Notes under the pieces: model-generated | Told to the model about the DNA's origin: nothing | Databases searched by the model: none | Seen by the model: the letters and a program-made list of their open reading frames with translations, nothing else | In this document: piece by piece, positions 58,960-64,000 of the stretch | How the letters are laid out: every line of letters begins with the position of its first letter | Position numbering within the stretch: position 1 is the stretch's first letter | Position numbers and translations under genes: made by a program | NCBI GenBank assembly: GCA_964016885.1 | Contig: OZ024746.1 | Span: 102,052,001-102,116,000 of the forward strand | Origin: Eledone cirrhosa | Taxonomy: Eukaryota | Direction of reading: 5' to 3' | DNA: 64,000 bases

Positions 58960-61900
58960 CTGTCTGACGCGTGAAACATCGGTGGTAAGATTTTTTCTAA
59001 ATTTATATACGGAAAACAGAACAAATTGTTTGAAAAAACATATTATTTTGTAGATTAACCCCCAAGCTGAATTGTCAGCTGGGTGGTAATCCCATTTTTC
59101 GACCCTGTAGGGGCGAAAATTTTATTTTAAAATTTGTTTTAAAATATCAGATTTTACAAACTAAATAACTTGAACAACACAAGAACGCTGGAGAACGTCG
59201 ACAGAGAAAAGAGAGAGAAAGAGGCAGATATTAACGTTATATCTGCTTCTGCTACCATGGACGTCACCATAGATACGACTGTCAACAAAGAGGAAAAAAT
59301 GTTACCACTTGAAGATTTTAAAATTTCTACCGTCGAAGCAGAGAAAAATAACAATAACACACGGGAAAACACAGGAATTAAACCCATTAACATACATACA
59401 CACGAAAAAGACATCAACAACTCCACATCTACATCTACACATAATTTTTCACCTCGTCAAGGAACTGAGATTTCCAACACCGAGGCTAACAACGATAACA
59501 ACAACAACAACAGCAACACCACACACAAAAAGAAAATGTCTTTCGCTGAAACAGTGAACAAGAAACAAGATTATATAAATCTTGATAACGCAAGATATAT
59601 GCTCCAAGGGAGAAAATTTGTAACTTTCGAAGAAAAAGGTGGGTTTAGAATTAACTCACCCCTTGAAATAAAGGAAGACACAATTCGCAGATCAGTCACC
59701 TTTAGGACTGTGTCAAATTCCACAAGAAAGCCGACATTTGTTAGCCAAGCAGATATAGAAGCTACTTTCAAGGAAATTCTAGCAAATATCGATTTTCTCC
59801 AGCGAGGAAAACAGTATGGAAGTGTTTCTGTACTGTTTAAAAGCAAGGCACTCGCCCCAAAACATTCTGTGACACCAATGGTGTCAAAAGCATACACCTT
59901 TTTCCCTACATATATGGGAAAAAGGACGCAAAAAATAAAAAATAAAAATATACCCCCAAACATTAACATCTGGTGGATCTTGGCTGGCTTCATAGAGCCA
60001 GAAACCGATATGATTCTTTTGATACGAAAATCTATTCGACAAAGGTGGGCGGGTACTGATTTGGAGATTCTCTTGCAAATGAGGCCGGAGAGAATCTCCA
60101 AAATACCCGAAAGAGTCGTCATCGATGATAACAACAAAATAAACATTTCGGTAGAAGGACGAAAATGTCATTGCTTTCGCTGTGGTAGCACAGCACACCT
60201 AAAAGCCTCTTGTCCACAAACACACAACAACAACATCATTACAAAAACACTATTACCAACACCAACACCAAAACAACCACCACCACCACAAGTACAACGA
60301 CAGGCGAAATGAGCAACCACACCAAAACAAACAGACACTCAACCAACAGCAACAGAAAAAACAGACAACACCCCTGAAGAACACAGCCCCACTCCATCAA
60401 ACACTACCACCACACAACATACCCCTACCCCACACACCTGACGATTATTCATCGACGGATGAAGCTGCTTCTCCTTCTTTAAGTGAAGAAGAGGGAGAGC
60501 TGCGGAAATCTAAAAAAATAAAAAAAGAGACACCACAAAACCCACAAAACTCCAATCACCAACACCAACACCAACACACAACCACAGACACAAACAACAC
60601 CACAGTCAAACATCCCCCTATCAGCAAAATCAACACCAATACCACCCCAAACACCCACCATAAAAGAAAACTCCTGGACGAACAACAAACTAAAACAACA
60701 TAACAAAAACACAAACAACAATACACATACATCAACACAAACAACAAGAGTTTGATGGAGGTCATCTCCCAAAACCCCAAGGTGGAGACAGAGGGCAAAA
60801 CTTTTGTCAAGGCAGAATCCTCTCTACACCTTAAACTTATAAGGCTTTCTATGGAAACCTATAATGACCTAAAAAATAAATTTTCACAGGACGTGGGCAA
60901 CCCCTGCCAGAAACCCATCAACCGCGTCCTGTTAAAATGTTTCCCCACCCCACCCAACACCCCATCCAGCACCCAAATGGAGATCGAACAACCCTATCTC
61001 CAGGAAACGAAAAGGTAAGTACACCTTTCGTCCTTTTTCTCCAACTCTTCTTCACTAACATGGCTAGTTTACGAGTTGGAACCGTGAATGTGCGTGGCCT
61101 AGGGATGCCCTGGAAACAGGGCCAACTTTTAAACGACCTTAGGTCACACGGTATGGATGTGATAGCCATCACCGAGTCCAGGATCCACAACAGGCAGCAA
61201 CTAACCCCCATCTTCGATGACCCGGAGGGTAGACTGGTAGTCCTAGACGTGAACAGTATTGGAGGTGGAGCCTTCAGACTGGTGGCCGTTTATGCCCGAC
61301 CCGGCAATCGCAATCACGGCCAGACTTCTTTAAGTGTCTAGAGTCTTTTCTGGAAACGTCTCGCTCCTTACTTTTAGTGGGGGACTGGAATGGTATCCTA
61401 GATGCACGATGGGACTATGTGGGAGCATGTCCCAGTAGAGCGGGGTGCAACAGCCTCAAAACTTTAATCGGCCAATTCCAACTGGCCGATAGGTATCGAC
61501 TGGATTTCGCGACTGCACCACAGTGGACGTGGGCAAACCGCAGCGGGACATCTAGATCGTATCTAGATAGGTTCTTCATTAGAGAAAGGGACTAGGAGAT
61601 GTTAAGCTGTCCACGAATGCACATGGTTGCCTATTCAGATCACAAATTAGTCGTCTGCTTAGTCAACCGTGATAGAACACATAGACAGGGACCCGGATAC
61701 TTGAAGCTGAACGTATCGTTGCCGGCACGTAAAGCTTACAGTGAACGGATAAGTAGACTAGTCAAGCAACAGTTAACGGGAGCCATCGTCAACAATAGAT
61801 GGTGGTACTCTCTCAAGAAAGCAATTAGAATAGAATCGATAGGGTATAGCAGAGAGTTAGCCTTAGAGAAAAACAGAATAGAAAGAGAACTAGTAGCCAA

Positions 61901-64000
61901 GGTAGAGGAGGGACTTAGAAGTGGCAACGCGGCTAGAGTGTTAGCATTGAGAACGGCACTGGACCAGTTCTTCGATGCGAAACACGAAGGCTGCGTGGTC
62001 AGAAGCAAAACACGTGCTCTAGGAAACGAAGGAGCTAAAGCTGTCAGCTGGGCCCGAGTGGCAGAGGCAAAAAGTGGCAACAAGTCCACTATTCGGTCTT
62101 TGAAAGACCAAAACGGACGCGTGCTACTTGACCCCAAGCAAATGTGCTGGGCCTTTCAGCAGCACTTTGCGCGACTGTTTGAGCAGAACGACGGTGAGCC
62201 AAACGGGGCAATGGACTTTAGTTCCAACCTCGACGGCCTGCCGCGTCTCTCGAACATGGACGCCGAGTTCTGCGAAAGACCGATCACAGGCACTGAGATA
62301 CGGGACGCTTTGGGCCGCTGCGGGAAACGCAAGTCACTCCATCTAGATGGTCTACCCTATGAGTTTTACATAGGCATGCCGGACTTGTTCTCTGGCGTCC
62401 TCGAAGCCGTCTACTGCAATTGGCAGCAGAACGGGAGAATTTCCAGTTCTGCAGGCAAGGGCGTAGTAACGCTGATCAGGAAAGACGAGAACAAGGGGGA
62501 CGAAATTAACAACTTCAGGCCCATAACTCTGCTCAACACAGAGTTAACGATTTTGGCCAAGGTGCTAGCAACGAGGTTGGTGCTTGTCGAGAACCTGGTA
62601 GGGAAAGCGCAAATGTGTGCAATCTCGACCAGGTCCATACACGACAACCTCCACCTCATACGATACATCATAGAGAGAGTGGGTAGTAAACCTGGCTTCG
62701 GTGGGGCTCTGATCAATTTGGATCAGTCTAAGGAATTCGATAGGGTCGACCATTGATACTTGGAAGCGAATCTGAAGGCGGCCGGTTTCGGTCCCGTGTT
62801 CAGAGGCTGGATCGAGGCGATCCACACCAGCATCTGCTCGAGGGTCAAAGTGAACGGCTACCTGTCGGAGCCGTTCGCAATCATGCGTTCTATTCGACAG
62901 GGGTGCCCTCTCTCCTCCATTCTGTATGTATTGACTCTAGAGCTACTACTGCGGAAATTGGAGCTGTTGCAGGGCATCCCTCTAGAACAGGGACTGCACA
63001 AAGCGCCGTTGGCTTATGCCGACGACGTGATGGTAATGGTGTCAAGCACCTTGGAAATCGGGGTGATCGGCAACTTACTGAAAGAATACGTAACGCTGAC
63101 GGGAGCAAAACTAAACCCGCACAAGTCTGTCGGTTTGCAACTCGGTACGTGGAGGGGCAAACCGATGACGTCCGACAGCATCGTTGGATCTGGACGGACG
63201 GACCGGTGAAATTGCTCGGGGTCTGGTTCGGTCCAGACCTCCAAGTGGAGAAAAACTGGAACGAGGTCACGGCCAAGGTGTTTGCACTCACCCAGAAGTG
63301 GGCAGAGTGCAAACTGTCCTTGAAAGGTCGAGCGGAGGTGGCGAACACTTTCATAGCGTCCGTCATCTACTACCGTGCCTTGTCCCCGTGAACACCTAGC
63401 CAAGATGGAACGCATGCTCTTCCAGTTTCTGTGGAAGAAGCAGGCTCTGCTGGTGAGGAGATCCGTCTGCTGTCAGCACCCTTCCAATGGAGGGCTGGGA
63501 ATGCCGTGGCTGATGATGCGCTGAGGCTGCGGCATCTCCAGGTATTCCTCACCGACCCCCTACCGGTGTGGGCACCGTTTGTGAGACAGGCTTTCCCACA
63601 GCTTGTCTCGCTGACGGAGCTGCAGTCCTGGGTCAAGAAAAGACTGAAAACGATGGCCGCCTGGCACATTGAATGCGCTCACAGTCCTCTGGCAAGAGGG
63701 CGCAGCAATCAGTGGAGACACCACTTCGACATTCTATAGAGGGATTGTACGTTATAAGGGTGACAACGTGCTTGGAGAGACTCTGGGCGTCGAAGACGAT
63801 GAGCTCACCAGTCTGTTTGGTAAGACTTTCCGCCCGGGAGCTATGGACAACTTCCAGAGGTCCCTGGCCTGGCAGTGCTACCGAGGAGTTCTACCGGTTC
63901 GTGACAAGATCTACAGGCACGGACGCCCCGGCAGGGATACTTCCAAGAGGACGTGTCCAAGATGCGCGCAGGATATTGAAACAGTCCTGCACACAATTGT
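58960..64000 (+). mobile_element. Tx1/L1-clade LINE, near full length and decayed: ORF1 with CCHC knuckle (~59170-61018), ORF2 with APE endonuclease and RT (61060 to window end)
   Basis: CFRCGSTAHLKASC in ORF1; NVRGL, GDWN, SYLDRF, SDH, NFRPITLLN, RQGCPLS, AYADD in ORF2; several stops and frameshifts. Confidence 0.92.

Overview
Eukaryotic, AT-rich, repeat-dominated animal DNA. The SINE, RTE and MITE families plus very large TA microsatellites resemble an octopus (coleoid cephalopod) genome; this is inferred from repeat types and was not checked against a database. Two host genes start here head-to-head. Rab7 is on the minus strand: a probable non-coding exon 1 near 28.2 kb and a 53-nt first coding exon (MASRKKVLLKVIILGDSG) at 25607-25659, followed by an intron that runs off the left end through about 17 kb of evolving TA/TACA satellite. 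An EEF1AKMT2/METTL10-like gene is on the plus strand, with a first coding exon at 33701-33747; its next exon was not found. The rest is transposable-element debris: RTE LINEs, CR1, CRE, a near full-length Tx1/L1 element, a Gypsy remnant, Merlin, Helitrons, MITEs and two tRNA-derived SINE families, plus minisatellites. The most interesting signals are four: (i) several minimal hammerhead-ribozyme motifs of Penelope/retrozyme type, two of which share an inverted-octamer plus TATA leader and have covarying stems; (ii) repeated fold-back duplications in unrelated element classes; (iii) a possible 53-nt intron that would fuse Tx1 ORF1 to ORF2 in frame; (iv) a head-to-tail Helitron junction. The long I/Y/H/T-rich ORFs are microsatellite artefacts.
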